A stretch of DNA of 64,000 nucleotides from Felis catus (taxonomy: Eukaryota). This document shows, piece after piece, positions 50,901 to 64,000 of this stretch (position 1 is the first letter of the stretch; each line of letters starts with the position of its first letter). The stretch covers positions 170,998,001 through 171,062,000 of the forward strand of contig NC_058368.1 in NCBI RefSeq assembly GCF_018350175.1. Reading direction: 5' to 3'. A program made the position numbers and the translations under genes. The notes below the pieces were generated by a model. The model was not told the DNA's origin. It saw only the letters and a program-made list of their open reading frames with translations, and made no database searches.

Positions 50901-51857
50901 GTAATGAGGAGCATGACTGCATAGCTACTATTCTAGCCTCACCAAGCTGATTCCTAAGATCAAGGTGGCAATTTTAAACCTTGCTGTATTTTTCCTGATG
51001 ATGATGTTAATGCTCTTTACAGAGTTAAGAATGATCTGAACTGATTTAAACCTTTTGAGGCTTGCTGCCTTTGCACGAAAGCCTGTAATGACATGTTCAG
51101 AGTACATAAAGAGTCACCATTCTTGGTATTTTGGAGGAATCCCAGCAGGAAGAGCCTCACTCATGTGTCTGCTCATTCCTTCAACACCATGGCCTAAGGA
51201 CCTGACGGCACAGGAGGAAAACGTTCTCTATTTTAACAGATGCTCAGGAGTGTACCCTTGGAGTTAAGCCCTTAATTTCCTACTATGTTACATTAGTGAT
51301 TTTCTAGAAAGGCACCCTTTCTAGATTTTGAATAAATTAGGACAGTTAAGTGCTTTATTATACACTAAGCACCATATATTCATGTTCTCTTTTACTTCTC
51401 ACAGAAATCTTATGAGGTTGCTTTATTTTTCTCCCCATATCATGGTTGAGAAAATGAGGTAAAATATAGAGAGGTTAAGTAGCTTTTCCAAAGTCACAGA
51501 GCAATAAGTCGCAACATTGGGACTCTGTCAGAGATATGTCCAACAATAAAGTTCATGCTCCACTGAGTCTCTTTTTAGGGGACTTATTTACAAAGAACTT
51601 TCTCACATGTACTTCAAAACAGCCCCATACACAAGATATTATTACCTTCATCTTACAGACAAAACTAAGGTCAAGACATCCACTTAAGTCCATTAGTTTT
51701 TTAAGTAAATCATTTTTAAATGCCAAACAATCATATGAACCATTAGAAACTCTTAAATATGATATTTTTCACATGGCATATAATTTAAATATTCATCCCC
51801 TAAGAAAATGTTAGCGTTTAATTTTAACATAAAAGTTTGCCAGCTGCCTTTCTGGAT

Positions 51858-52021
51858 AGAGATGCCAGGTTTAACAAATAAAAATACAGAACGCCTAGTT
51901 AAATTTGAATTTCAGATAAACAGTAAATGATTTTCATGGGGCACTTATGCTAAAAAAGTATTCATTGTTTATCTGAAATTCAAATTTAACCGGGCACCCT
52001 GAATTTTATCTGGCAACCCTA
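51858..52021. mobile_element. MER53-like palindromic hAT MITE
   Basis: gttaaatttgaatttcagataaaca and its exact reverse complement tgtttatctgaaattcaaatttaac; terminal tctggcaaccct. Confidence 0.85.
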
Positions 52022-52233
52022 TTTCTGGAGATCTGTTTAATGTGCAATAAATAAGGGTACTTAAAGCCAGTTGGAAAAGATTAGAAAACGATTGCTTTAT
52101 CATCAGCTGTGTTTGTACCAGGCACATAACTGTGGAAGGTGGCTACCTGGCAGCTATGCAGCTTTGTGGTCTGGTTTCTGCCCTCCAGGAGTTTATGGTG
52201 CCAGTCATTGTCAGTGTAAAAAGAGTAATAAGT

Positions 52234-52357
52234 TGGGGCACCTGGGTGGCTCTGTTGGTTGAGCATCTGACTCTTGATTTTGGCTCAGGTCTCACAGTTT
52301 GTGGGTTCGAGCCCCACATCAGGCTCTGCGCTGACATTTTTGAAACTGCTTGGGATT

Positions 52358-52407
<50 letters not shown>

Positions 52408-52487
52408 GTCCCTCCCCCACTTTTGCGTGTACTTTCTCCTCTCAAATAAACAAATGTTAAAAAATTTTTTTTTAAATATTTAAAAAA
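52234..52487 (+). mobile_element. Can-SINE with expanded (CT)n
   Basis: ggggcacctgggtggctc...gttcgagccccacatcaggctctg. Confidence 0.92.
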
Positions 52488-52975
52488 GGGTGATACGTTG
52501 ATGATTCTGTTATATGCTTTTAGTTCTTACTACTAAAATTTAGTCCTAGGAATTGCCACTTGTGTAGCATTTGATGATTTGTGCTAATTTAAGATTCACA
52601 AAATCTTATGATGAGTATTCCCAATTCACAGATGGAGAAAAAGACTAAAATGTCATGTTTCTCAACAGTAGGTTGGTCGCAGAGGTGGACCATAGGGAGG
52701 GTGCTGCCAGATAGAAATAAATGTGCTGCCTTTTGGGCCACTTTTATGATGGCACCAGATACTGGAGCCCCAGATGACATAGAAGGTGATGACACTTCAA
52801 GGAAGTGTCTTCAGGTTGGCCTTGGGCCCCTCAGATTCTGTTAATGTAGCCGTCACGATTGTCTCAGGTGAACAACCTGGAAGGCAAGTTTGTTGTAAGC
52901 AAAAAGTAATCCAGGAAAAGCTCAGACCCTATAGGGGTGGTCTGGCCCCCACCTAGGTCACATTTCTCTAAGTGG

Positions 52976-53650
<675 letters not shown>

Positions 53651-54809
53651 TTTAAAATTCCAGTGGAGACCCATATCACTACCTCTAGATCTGACAGGGA
53701 AAGCAGATGGGTGTTCCTTCTTAAAAAACCCAACGTTGGCTTATTCCACAGTAGCTCGCCTTGTCCTGCCCTTATTACTGCAGTCAAGAAAAGTGACATT
53801 TCAGGATAGTTCAGGGAGCCATCTATCCACATCAAAGGTTTTCAGACATTATTTTTATCAAGTCTTTTTTTTCTAAGCTTACCGAGAATCTCAGTATATA
53901 AAGTAGATTAAAAGGGGGATCAACTTTGATGAAATTAACAGCCCTGGGGCAGGGTAGTATGGCATTGAGCTCCACTCCTGTACTGGTAACTCCTTGCTCG
54001 AAACCTCTTCACCTTTTTTTTCATCATGTGGAATAGAACTTCATTCTGTTTATCTTTCAACATCTTTTTCTTCTTGAAAAAAGAATTTATTATACAAGTT
54101 ACAAATACTTACTGTAGAAACTATAGTTGTGCTCGAATAAAAGCAAGAATTACCCATTATCTAAAATACTACCAACAAGCAAAAACTACTGTTTTCATAT
54201 TTCTGAATTGTTAACACATGCACAAGTAAATACCTACATATTCACATTTATATTTGCATAGTATACATAGACCAAAGCCCTTCTGAAACAATTCCTTTCA
54301 GAACAATTAGCCATAGAGAATTAGAATGCATCCTTTCATCAGGAAGTGGTGGAGTAAAATTTATAGGCACTAATGACACTTTCACCTCTTTAAGCTGACT
54401 TTTGATTACACACACCAGAGCCTTTATATACAGATGAGTGCTATCCTTTTCCTAACAGTTACCTAGTGAGACTCGAAATTCCAGTAATAATGAAAAAAAA
54501 ATATTTTAGAATGTCTAGAGTCCTCAGTACATTTTTCTGGGTATTTCTAGTTGCAGCAACTCTGTATTCTTTAGGAGTGAATGGAATGTCTGAAATACGA
54601 TGGGCAGATCATCTTCAAGGGACGTTTTGGAAGAGTACTGAGGGCCGTCCCTTCGCTGTCCAGAGAACCTCTCCAGTTTTTGCTCCTGCATCTTGCCTCC
54701 ACATGCCATCCCTCTTGTCTGGTTCCCTAACAGCTATCTGAGGTTTCCTCAGTCTGTGCTCTTGACATACTTTTCTTCCTCATCTGTGGAAAACATACTC
54801 CTGTTTTGA

Positions 54810-55386
54810 GCCAGTGGTTCTCAAACATCAGCGTGCGTCAGAATCACCCAGATTCTGATTCGTTAAACCGTAGGCGGGCAGGGCTGCACTCCTGGAGTTT
54901 CTGATGCAGTAGGTCTGCAGGAGGGATGAAAAATTTGCATTTCTAACACATTCCCAGGAGATGCTGATCCGGGGATCACGCCTGGAAGCACTGCTCTGCA
55001 GGGCTTCTCCAGTGTTGTGTCTGTAATCATCAAGTGTCTTGTTAAGTGCAGGGCCTAGTTCAGGAGGTCTGGGGTGAATCCTGAGGTTCTGCTTTTATAA
55101 CAAGCTCCCAGGGTCCCCACTTTGAGCATCATGATTGTGAGGCTCAGCTCAGATTAGCCCTAGTTGTTTTGGGAGGCAGAGGGCCCACTTTCCTTCTCCA
55201 TGTCGGTGGTTCCCAAACTTGTCTGCACACTGAACTCAGACAACTTGGGAGAACTCTGGTGCTTCCTGGTGCCTGTATCCCATCGCAGAGATTGCGGTTG
55301 ATCTGATGTATGGCCTGGGCTTTGGGATTTTTAAAGATCCCCAAGTGGCTCTAATATGTAAATAAGCTGAGGAGCCACTGCTCTAA
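54810..55386. mobile_element. Cluster of MER5-family hAT MITEs
   Basis: cagtggttctcaaac..cgtcagaatcacc...tttgcatttctaaca..ttcccagg; further copies (ataacaagctcccagg..ccactttgag; ggttcccaaactt...agccactgctcta). Confidence 0.78.
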
Positions 55387-56824
55387 ACACTCAAGGTACC
55401 TCCCATGCCTCCATGATATTTTCATTATAGGTCCTCTCTGTTTGCTTATTTTTGTCTTTGCTTTTGTCTAATCTGCCCTGCCAGCTCATTAACCCCCCGA
55501 AGGGAGGGATGGAGTCTTTGTTTCCCTCACAGTGTTTTACATGCACTAGTGATTAGTGTTTGTTGAATAAACAAACAAATGACAAAAATCAAAATCAAAA
55601 TGAATATGTCTAAGACATTACCCAGGCCACCGGCCCTCAGTAGAGTAGGATCTCTCAAAAAACCCTTTATCTAAAGTAATTTGTCTGATTTTTCTCAGAA
55701 TAGGCTTATAGGAACTGCTTCTCTTTACATGTTCAACTTTCTGACCTTTTGCCTTATGAATTCCATCAAGAAACTTCTCCGACACAGGTTTTATTTTACA
55801 GTTGATTTTTTTCACTTGCTACCATGGGCAAGGAATCTTGCCCAATGACTTTGTTCACTTGCACAATGCGGGATCCAGGGACATATGCCTGCCAGCTCCT
55901 GGGGCTCTAAAAGCGGGTGCAGGGACCACCCCTAACATGTGCACTGAACCTTTCCCACAGGGGAGCTCCTTTCTTCATATGCACGGGACCTGGAGCATTA
56001 GGGTGTGGCCTTCCCGCCCTTGCTGAGGGAGCTCCTCCAGGGTCTAGAAAAGACGGGCTCACTTTTCTTTGCTATCGCATTCTTCCCTTCCAGACCTCTC
56101 AGCAGCTGCAAATGTAGCTGAGTCAGCCAAGGGTAGGCAGCTGAAACCCACGTCTCAAGGTCCTGTGTCTTGTGATAGAGTGACCACTTCTGTGGGTTTG
56201 TGACAACAAGCATGGTTTCTTACAGTCCAGTGGCTCTATAGTCCCATCTGGAAAGGGCAGAGTTTCTTCTTCACACTGCATTTATTCTCAGAGAGCTAGT
56301 AAGTCTTATACTCACCCTCTGTGCTCATGGCGACTGCAGTGAGTTCCAGGTCCTCAGGCTGCTTCCTAATGTTCCAAACAGATTTGTTGGAAGTCCCATC
56401 ACTGTACCTAACCCAAGAACGGTGCTGAGGCCCTGCGGCAATGCATGAGTTAGGAGAGAAGTTAGCTGCTCATAACAGAAAACCAAATTCCCACTTAAAC
56501 AAGTAGGATTTATCTTGTTTTTCCTCATCTAACAAGACTTTGCTAATGCTGCAACTCAAAATACCATTAGGAGCAAGTCCCCTTTTATTTTCTGCTCTAC
56601 TCTCCTTAATAAGAAGACATTATGGTTTCCTGGTTCCAGAATGAATGCTACAGCTGTGTGGTTCATGTCCTTAATTCTAGACAGAAAGAATAAGGAAGAG
56701 GGAGGCATCATTCCTTTCCATAATTTGCAAGAAACTGAGCTGATGTTACAAGGCTCCCCAGGGCTGCAAGAGAGTCACATAAAGAGTATTTTTATTTGGG
56801 CATGGGGCCAATTTACCCCTTTGG

Positions 56825-57060
56825 CATGGTACCTTGAGCCCACCATATTTTTAGGAGCCTAAAAAAATCTTAGTTTCACTTCCTTTTAGAATCCGAAGTA
56901 AAAAAGAATGTAATAAATATGAATAATAATAAATCCAGTCTGGATTGTATTTGTCTCCATACCAATGCAGTTGTAAGAGAGTTTTAGTTTTAGTTTTTCA
57001 GTGGAGAAGGGGGCCACAAAGGCAACAGCCCCTAAGGACTGTGACAGTTGTATATGGCTC
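56825..57060. mobile_element. Probable hAT MITE (MER96B-like)
   Basis: aatccagtctggattgtatttgtctccataccaatgcagt...gaagggggccacaaaggcaa recalls this family. Confidence 0.45.
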
Positions 57061-58292
57061 AGATTGGGATAATCACGTTGTATTCCAGACTGGAATGATG
57101 CCGCCCCAGCACTGGAATGTCTTTGTTCCCTCACCTTGAAACCAGGCCTCTTAAGATTATGAGCATTAAAAAACCAATACACATAAATGATAAAAATAAT
57201 TACGCTGTGTCTACCAGATAGATATCAGCCACTAGAAATATCCTTTAGTGTTGGTGAGTTTTTCTGAATGGCCTATGAGAACATGTTTTCCTTTGAAATA
57301 AGATGCTGCTGTGCAACATGAAATTTCTTGACATCATTTTCCGACCCAAGAGTCTTAGTAGCTTCAACCTTTGGTTGCCTGTTGTTTATCATTGGCCGAT
57401 CTGCAAATTCCTTTTCTTAATGTTTTGCCAGTCAACTGGGTATTGCTTAGACCAGCGACTGCCACAGGGTATATGCTTCCCAATTACCTGTGTACCTGCA
57501 CAGTCTGCCACCTTGGCCCTTCCCCGAAAGACCATTTAAGAAGGAGTCAGGCTAGTGATTCCTGTATTTTCATTTGTGGTTACAAAAGAATGGGTTTTTC
57601 TTCTCCGCAAACATTTGGCTGCCAGCTGCCAGAAGTACCACTTATGAGCCGTTTGGAAGAGCTGCCGGTCCTTAATGGTTTCCAAATGATATTTAAAATG
57701 GATCGTGTGGTTGAATGTCATTTCTGTTCTCTTAGCACCTCAAAGTTCCGTGCCCGAAACATTGTCCAGAGAGCACCTACCATGTAACCTGTCCCCAAAG
57801 AGGAGGCTTTAGTTAACAATACTAGAACCCTGGAAGCAGAGACAGTATCTTATTCTACTTGGTATCTCCACAGCACAATGTACAGAGTGGCCGCTCTAGT
57901 CTCTCACCGAATCCCAGTCCAAATGAATTAAATTACCGACCTAAGAGAAGTTGACCCTAAAACCATTTTACATTTCCAAAACCGATGGAGGATATTAGGT
58001 TTTCCTGGGAAAAACAAACTGTCAGTACTTACGATCTTGGCTAAGAGCAATGCCAATAACCAATTAAATATCATTAGCATCATGGTCTCCTAGACAAAAG
58101 GGTGTCCCTGGAATCAGCTTAAAACGAAAAAAGTAAAGAGAGTAAAGGTTCAAAAGAAAAAAAGCTTTCTGAGAAGCGAGATTAATGGGCAAAATGCTTC
58201 ACCGTCTAAACCTAGTTTCTTCATCTACAAAATGGGGTAATATTACTTACTTCAGAGTAGGTTGTGATGAAGATACTCAAGATAATGTTTGT

Positions 58293-58517
58293 TGGGGTGC
58301 CTGGGTGGCTCGGTCGGTTAAGCGTCCGACTTTGGCTCAGGTCATGATCTCATGGTTTGTGAGTTGGAGCCCTGCATCGGGCTCTGTGCTGACCGCTCAG
58401 AGCCTGGAGCCTGTTTCAGATTCTGTGTCTCCCTCTCTCTCTCTGACCCTCCCCCGTTCATGCTCTGTCTCTCTCTGTCTCAAAAATAAATAAACGTTAA
58501 AAAAAATTTAAAAAAAA
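58293..58517 (+). mobile_element. Can-SINE inserted in a MIR (MIR ~58175-58590)
   Basis: SINEC body; TSD aatgtttgt; flanks carry MIR core ttcttcatctacaaaatggggtaat. Confidence 0.92.
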
Positions 58518-59024
58518 TGTTTGTAAAGCAATAATGCCATGTCTGTCACATCGTGAGACCCAGATAGGTGGCGCCTCTATTGTTACTGTTGCTGTTGTTC
58601 TTACGGTGCAGTGCAGTTACCAGTCTGGGTCCGGAAATTTATCTATGGTTGTCACCTGTGGTAGGGGTATTGTGAGATGATAGTTGGGAAAGAAGAATAT
58701 TAGAAAAGCACGTACTCTTGAGTGAAGTCTCTCCTTACCCTAAATGTTCTTCTTTCATGCAGAAAGATTTTTTTCTTACTAGTTCACAACTACAACCACC
58801 GTGAAGAAAGTGTTTGAGAAAGCAGTAACCAGAGGCATGATTCTTTAGCTCTCTACCAAATCAAGGAATGGAGTCTCTTGCATACCAAAGACGTTTTGTG
58901 ATCTTTTAAAAGCTAATTTTAAATTAATTAATTTAACGAACCATCTCCTGTGTAACTGCTCCTTTTAGTTACACAACTGTTTACCAGATTTTGAAAAATG
59001 AAAAACAAGGACTGTGAGGTTGTC

Positions 59025-59256
59025 TTTTTTTTTTTTTATTTAAAAATTTTTTTTTCAACGTTTATTTATTTCTGGGACAGAGAGAGACAGAGCATGAACG
59101 GGGGAGGGGCAGAGAGAGGGAGACACAGAATCGGAAACAGGCTCCAGGCTCTGAGCCATCAGCCCAGAGCCCGACGCGGGGCTCGAACTCACGGACTGCG
59201 AGATCGTGACCTGGCTGAAGTCGGACGCTTAACCGACTGCGCCACCCAGGCGCCCC
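59025..59256 (-). mobile_element. Young Can-SINE (SINEC_Fc type)
   Basis: Near-consensus; TSD tgaggttgtctt. Confidence 0.95.
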
Positions 59257-60027
59257 TGAGGTTGTCTTATTGTGGGTGAGCCCACACTCTGTCAGTGGCA
59301 ACGGGTGTGTACTCTGGAGGGTGGAGATTTCCCCCTGCCAGCCATCCAGGGCATATTAAAAGTCATTCCTTTATCCTGTCTCCAAGGCGATTCCCTTTTC
59401 TTAGGAATGAGATGACGTTGGAGGCCTCGGTGCTGGCTGAAGGAGAACAAGGTCAGTCTTCTTGTGCATAGAGGTACGGTGGTCCCTTCATGGCAGCTCA
59501 GGGCCAAGATAACCTATGGAAGAGCCCAGTTGGAAGTCCCTAGGATGGGAGTCTAATAGATATTCTGTCTAGAAGCTAGTTTTGAATCTTTGTGTTTTTT
59601 GCATAATTATTGCCTAACAGCTTATACTTTGATAATCCTTTGTTAAACGTTGCTACACAGTCTTAGCTGGTACTTGGAGGAATAGCCAGTATCCATGTGG
59701 GAGGATCCAATGTTCCTACTTAGGGAGGAAGCAAGTTAGGAGATGGTAAAAGATGAATGGCTAATAAACAAGGAATGTCATTCAGAGCAAGAAAACTGGC
59801 CGAGGGGTACAGGGATCACCAAATTGTTTAATGAAACATGAAAACATTCCTAAGTGAATTCTCAAAAATTTAGTAGGGGCGGTAGGGTGGATAAGAATCT
59901 GGTAATACCAGACCTCCACATAACACAGAATGGGATTCTAGACTATCGATGTGTTTGTTTATGGTCATTGTTTTTTTTAAATGAAAGAATTGCCCAAAAA
60001 GCTAGAGAGTTTGCCAACATTGGAGTT

Positions 60028-60410
60028 ACATTAGTTTGCTAGGGCTGCCATAACAAAACACTACAGACTGGGTGGCCTAAAGGACAGTTTATTTGCTCCC
60101 AATTTTGGATGCTAGAAGTCTGAGATCAAGGTGTGGGCAGGACTCGTTTTTCCTGAGGCCTCTCTCCTTGGCTTGCAGATGTCTGCCTTCTCCCTGTGTT
60201 CTCACATGGCCTTTTTTCTGCACACCAACGTATGTGGCGTCTCCTGCTTTTCTTGTAAGTACGTCAGTCCTTTGAATTAGGGCCCAGCCTAATGGCCTCA
60301 TAATCACTCTCTAAGACCTTGTCTCCAAACGCAGTCCTATTCTGCTGGTGTGCTGGGAGCTAAGGCCTCAATATAGGAATTTGGGAGGGACACAATTCAG
60401 GGGTTAACAC
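60028..60410. mobile_element. MaLR LTR (MLT1A/B/C-like)
   Basis: ttagtttgctagggctgccataacaaaacactacagactgggtggc...ggcctctctccttggcttgcagatg...gacacaattcag. Confidence 0.85.
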
Positions 60411-63227
60411 GTATGTCAAAATGCAATAACATCTAGGTCCTACAGTCTAGAAAAATAAAACAAGGAGATGCAGTTGACATCAGTGTCAGGGTAATAGCCT
60501 TCCTTCTCTTTACTCTGATCCCCTCTCTTGTCTGCAAAGCGTGGCATCATTTTTAACTGGTGGTTTTTCTGAGAACCCTAGGCTGTGTCCTAAATGCTAA
60601 CTTTCTAGAAGGTTTTAACGGACAGCTCTCCATCAGGGATCAGTGAAATGGTGTGGTGGAAAGGACCACAGGGCTAAACTCATGAAATGAACAAGGCCTC
60701 CGGTCTCCAGGCCCAGCAGTAAGACCTTGGCTAACAGAAAAACTGTGGTGTGCAAATCTGCTTTCTGCATTTGACTTCCCAGCCACCTCTGGGGTGTCCA
60801 GTACTTGATTCAAACACACTCAAGACGAAGCACTCAAATGCTTGCTGAACATTTCTCTCGCAGGTTTCCAGAGCTTCATCCTTCTTGTTAATGGTGACAG
60901 AAAATTACACCAGGTATCCATGATGTTTGATTTGCTACTTGCCTCACAGTTTACTTGAAAGTTCCCTCAGAGTTTTCTGAATTTTACTTTCTAGAACAAA
61001 TATTACTGGCATAGACATCAAGCATGCCCATGCAATTATTCTTAATGGTTGTGGTAAACAAGTTCTGGATTTTCAGGTCAGGAGCAATCTGTGTTTTAGC
61101 AATTAGCAACTAATGGCCATGTAGTAATAAGTTTAGTTGGCACAGGCTTGTTTCTCCAATTCCCTGAGTCAACAATGACAATAGCAACAATGAAGTGCAA
61201 ATATGAGCATGTTCCTGTTGAGTTCCCTCCCTTAGCTCTCACCCTTACCTGGTAATACGACGTGGCATCGCCCCAGGTTCTCCTTTGGTTTCCATGACTG
61301 AAGATGACATCTAAGGAGACTTATCTGATTAATCAAATCATAAAGTTAGACAGGAGCCCAAGAAACTGTTCAGTTAAATCTTCCAGGAAAGCTTCAATGC
61401 AACCAAACCATCAGAGTTTTCCAGGGCAGAAAGGGGGTGTTTCCTGTATATTTTGCTGTCAGAAAGGTTTCCTGTGTCAGTCACTCCCTTGCCAGTGTCT
61501 GAACTTGAATTAACTCTAACTCCCACCATGTCTCCTGACTGATATCCAGTCTCAGGAAAAGGCCTGGTGTTCCAACATTTTGCCAGAAAATACACAAACT
61601 GAACTCTGAACGGTGACCCTGCGTTACCCTTGAAATCTTGATTTCCAGCATTAGTCATGGCCATGTTAGAAGGGCATTTAGCCTATGGCTGATCTAAAAG
61701 TTCTTGCTTAATCAATGACTCATATGGTCAATCCCTTGAAATCTGGAGATTAATGCTGGTGGTCATAAGTGTGAATTTCCAGGGAAACCCTTTGCAATTA
61801 TTTTGAAGCCCAGTTGTTTTTCTTTCGTGTTAGAAATTTGGCTGTTGCTTATTTGGGCTATTTGCTTATCACTTTGTTATGTCTTTGTGTTGATGATCAA
61901 ACCATACTTTGTTATGTTCCTTTCTTTCTGTGGTCTCCCATTTTGCTTTCTTTACGTCTTCAACAAAGACCAATATTTTTAAGGATTCCACCCACCCAAG
62001 TGGCAGCTTAGCAATGGTATCAGCCAGTTCTGGTTCTGCAACCCAGCCTGTGCTTTTGGCCAAATGGGAAGTGCAGTTTGTTCCGTGATCTGCTGTTTGC
62101 AAAAAAGAAACCACGGCATAGTGACAAGTGGCCAAGGAAGGACTTGGGCTATACAATATTGCATGTTAAAACCCTGGGTTTCTGGGCACAGAAAGTAGAA
62201 ATGCTTTCAGAGCCATTGGCACAGTTAAACTATATCCCCCGCCACTGCCACACCTAGCCCAGCTCAGACCCTTATTGTGTAGGTGAGGAAACCGAGTCCC
62301 AGAGACATGTGGTCATTTGCCGGAGTTCATGTAGGTCACTGTTGGAAAGTTGTGTCTATAACTTGGGTCCCCTGACTTCCAGCTCATTGTTTATGACACT
62401 ATACTGTGTGGCTGTCAAGGGCTTTTTCACCATCCTTCACCTACAGTGCCACCCTAAACCTCAAAACTGTCCAAGTCAGCTTGCTGCATGCCAAATAAAA
62501 TAACATGTCTGAGTACATGTTTGAGCTGTGGAGCCAAAAAACCTGAGTATAATCTCCTCTCCACTCAAGAATCGTCCATTTCCTCACCAGCCAGCGCTGG
62601 TGACTTTGCACCCTCATTCTACAGAGAACAAAAGAATATAAACACCAAACCATACTACTGGTCTCGTCAAATTCCTTCAGTGTTTCCCTACAGGAGTTCA
62701 AACCCCTTGCCTCAGTACCAGAGGCGGCCCTTAGCCTGCCCTAAACCTCCCGACTTCCTTTCTGCTCACTCACTCCTCACCCTGTTTGTCCCTGTCATTG
62801 CTGTATTCTTGCCCTCCCCCCACCCCCCACTCTCCTGTTCCCCTTGACCAAAGTGCCCATCCTACGCTATTCTTCACTGAATTCTAGCTGAACCTCAAAG
62901 ACCCAAATTCTTTTTGCCAGGTTTTGCTCAAGAGGGATCCCTTCCACATCCTCTCTGACATCGTGTAAGCACTCCCTGAACCCAGAGTACATAAGGTCTG
63001 GTATTGTCTTTTGTATGCACATCACCCAGGTTTCCCCTTTCTTAAAGGCTCTCATGCTTTTTCATGCCTACTGAACACACCTTGCCTCGCCCTTCTTACC
63101 TCTGCACCTTTGCCCACACTGTTCTCTTGCTTGGAATTCTATTTCTCATTTTTGCCTACTAGAATCTTATGTGCATATCAAAGTTGAGCTGAAATACCAA
63201 CCTCCATGAAACGTTCTCTAATATTTT

Positions 63228-63650
63228 GTATTCTAAGGCTGCTGTAACAAATTACCACAAACTTAGTGGCTTAAAACAACACAAATTTATAATTCTGGAA
63301 GTCAAGAATCTGAAATGGCTTTCACAATCAAAGTATCAGGTCTGTGTGTTTTCCAGAGGCTCTAGAGGAGAATCCATTTCTTTGCCTTTTTCATCTTCTA
63401 GAAACTCGTGGCATCCCTTGCCTTGTGGCCCCCTTTTCCATCTTCAAAGCCAGCAGAGTAGCATCTTGAAATACCTCTCTGCTTCTGGAATGACACTGCA
63501 TTCCCTGTCTGAACTTCCTGCTTCCCTCTTCTGAGTACCTTTGTGATGACATTGGGACCACCTGGATATTCCAAGAAACCCACCACAATGTCCCCGAATT
63601 CATCACATCTTCAAGGTCCCTTTTACCATGTAAAGTAATCCTATTTAGGT
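63228..63650. mobile_element. MaLR LTR (MLT1-like)
   Basis: ggctgctgtaacaaattaccacaaacttagtggcttaaaacaacacaaatttat...ggctctagaggagaatcc...cattgggaccacctggata. Confidence 0.85.
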
Positions 63651-64000
63651 TAGGATAAACTCTTTGAGAGCAAAGACTGTGTCTTTTCTTTATATTCTGA
63701 ATCAGAGCCCCAAGCTCAGCCAGTAAAGCTCTACTACTGAGAAGTGCTTCTTTGGCTTGAAAGCCAGGCCATAGAGATATTTGCCTTCTTTGCAGCTGAC
63801 TGACTCGTGTTCCAGAACAGTTGGGCTGTACATGAGGCCCTGTGAACTCTGGGCCCTGTGAATTCCAGGCTTACAGCTGCACATGGTGTGATGTATTCAT
63901 GAGGTGTGATGTAGCATCTTAGCACATAGAGTGGCTTAGCATGATGTATCTACACAGAGAAAACCTACTAAAATACACCTGAACTCTCATGTTTTCTGTT

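Overview
This is mammalian, almost certainly felid (cat-like), genomic DNA. It is AT-rich and dense in carnivore tRNA-derived Can-SINEs, including near-identical young SINEC_Fc-type copies with intact target-site duplications. It also holds a 5' fragment of a carnivore L1 on the minus strand, old L1M/L2/MIR remnants, MaLR/ERVL LTRs (MLT1/MLT2), hAT MITEs (MER58A, MER53, MER5) and microsatellites. Most ORFs in the six-frame track are repeat-derived or chance. The one coherent gene signal is a chain of phase-compatible plus-strand exons (11261-11376, 21947-22013, 22558-22794, 23037-23089, 24653-24807, perhaps 7036-7105). It appears to encode the C-terminal part of a protein I cannot name, with possible alternative C-termini. 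The remaining ~39 kb looks intergenic or intronic, with several transcription-factor motif clusters and a few weak exon candidates. I see no evidence of a novel multi-gene system. Repeat family names come from recalled consensus sequences, not from a database search, and repeat boundaries are approximate.
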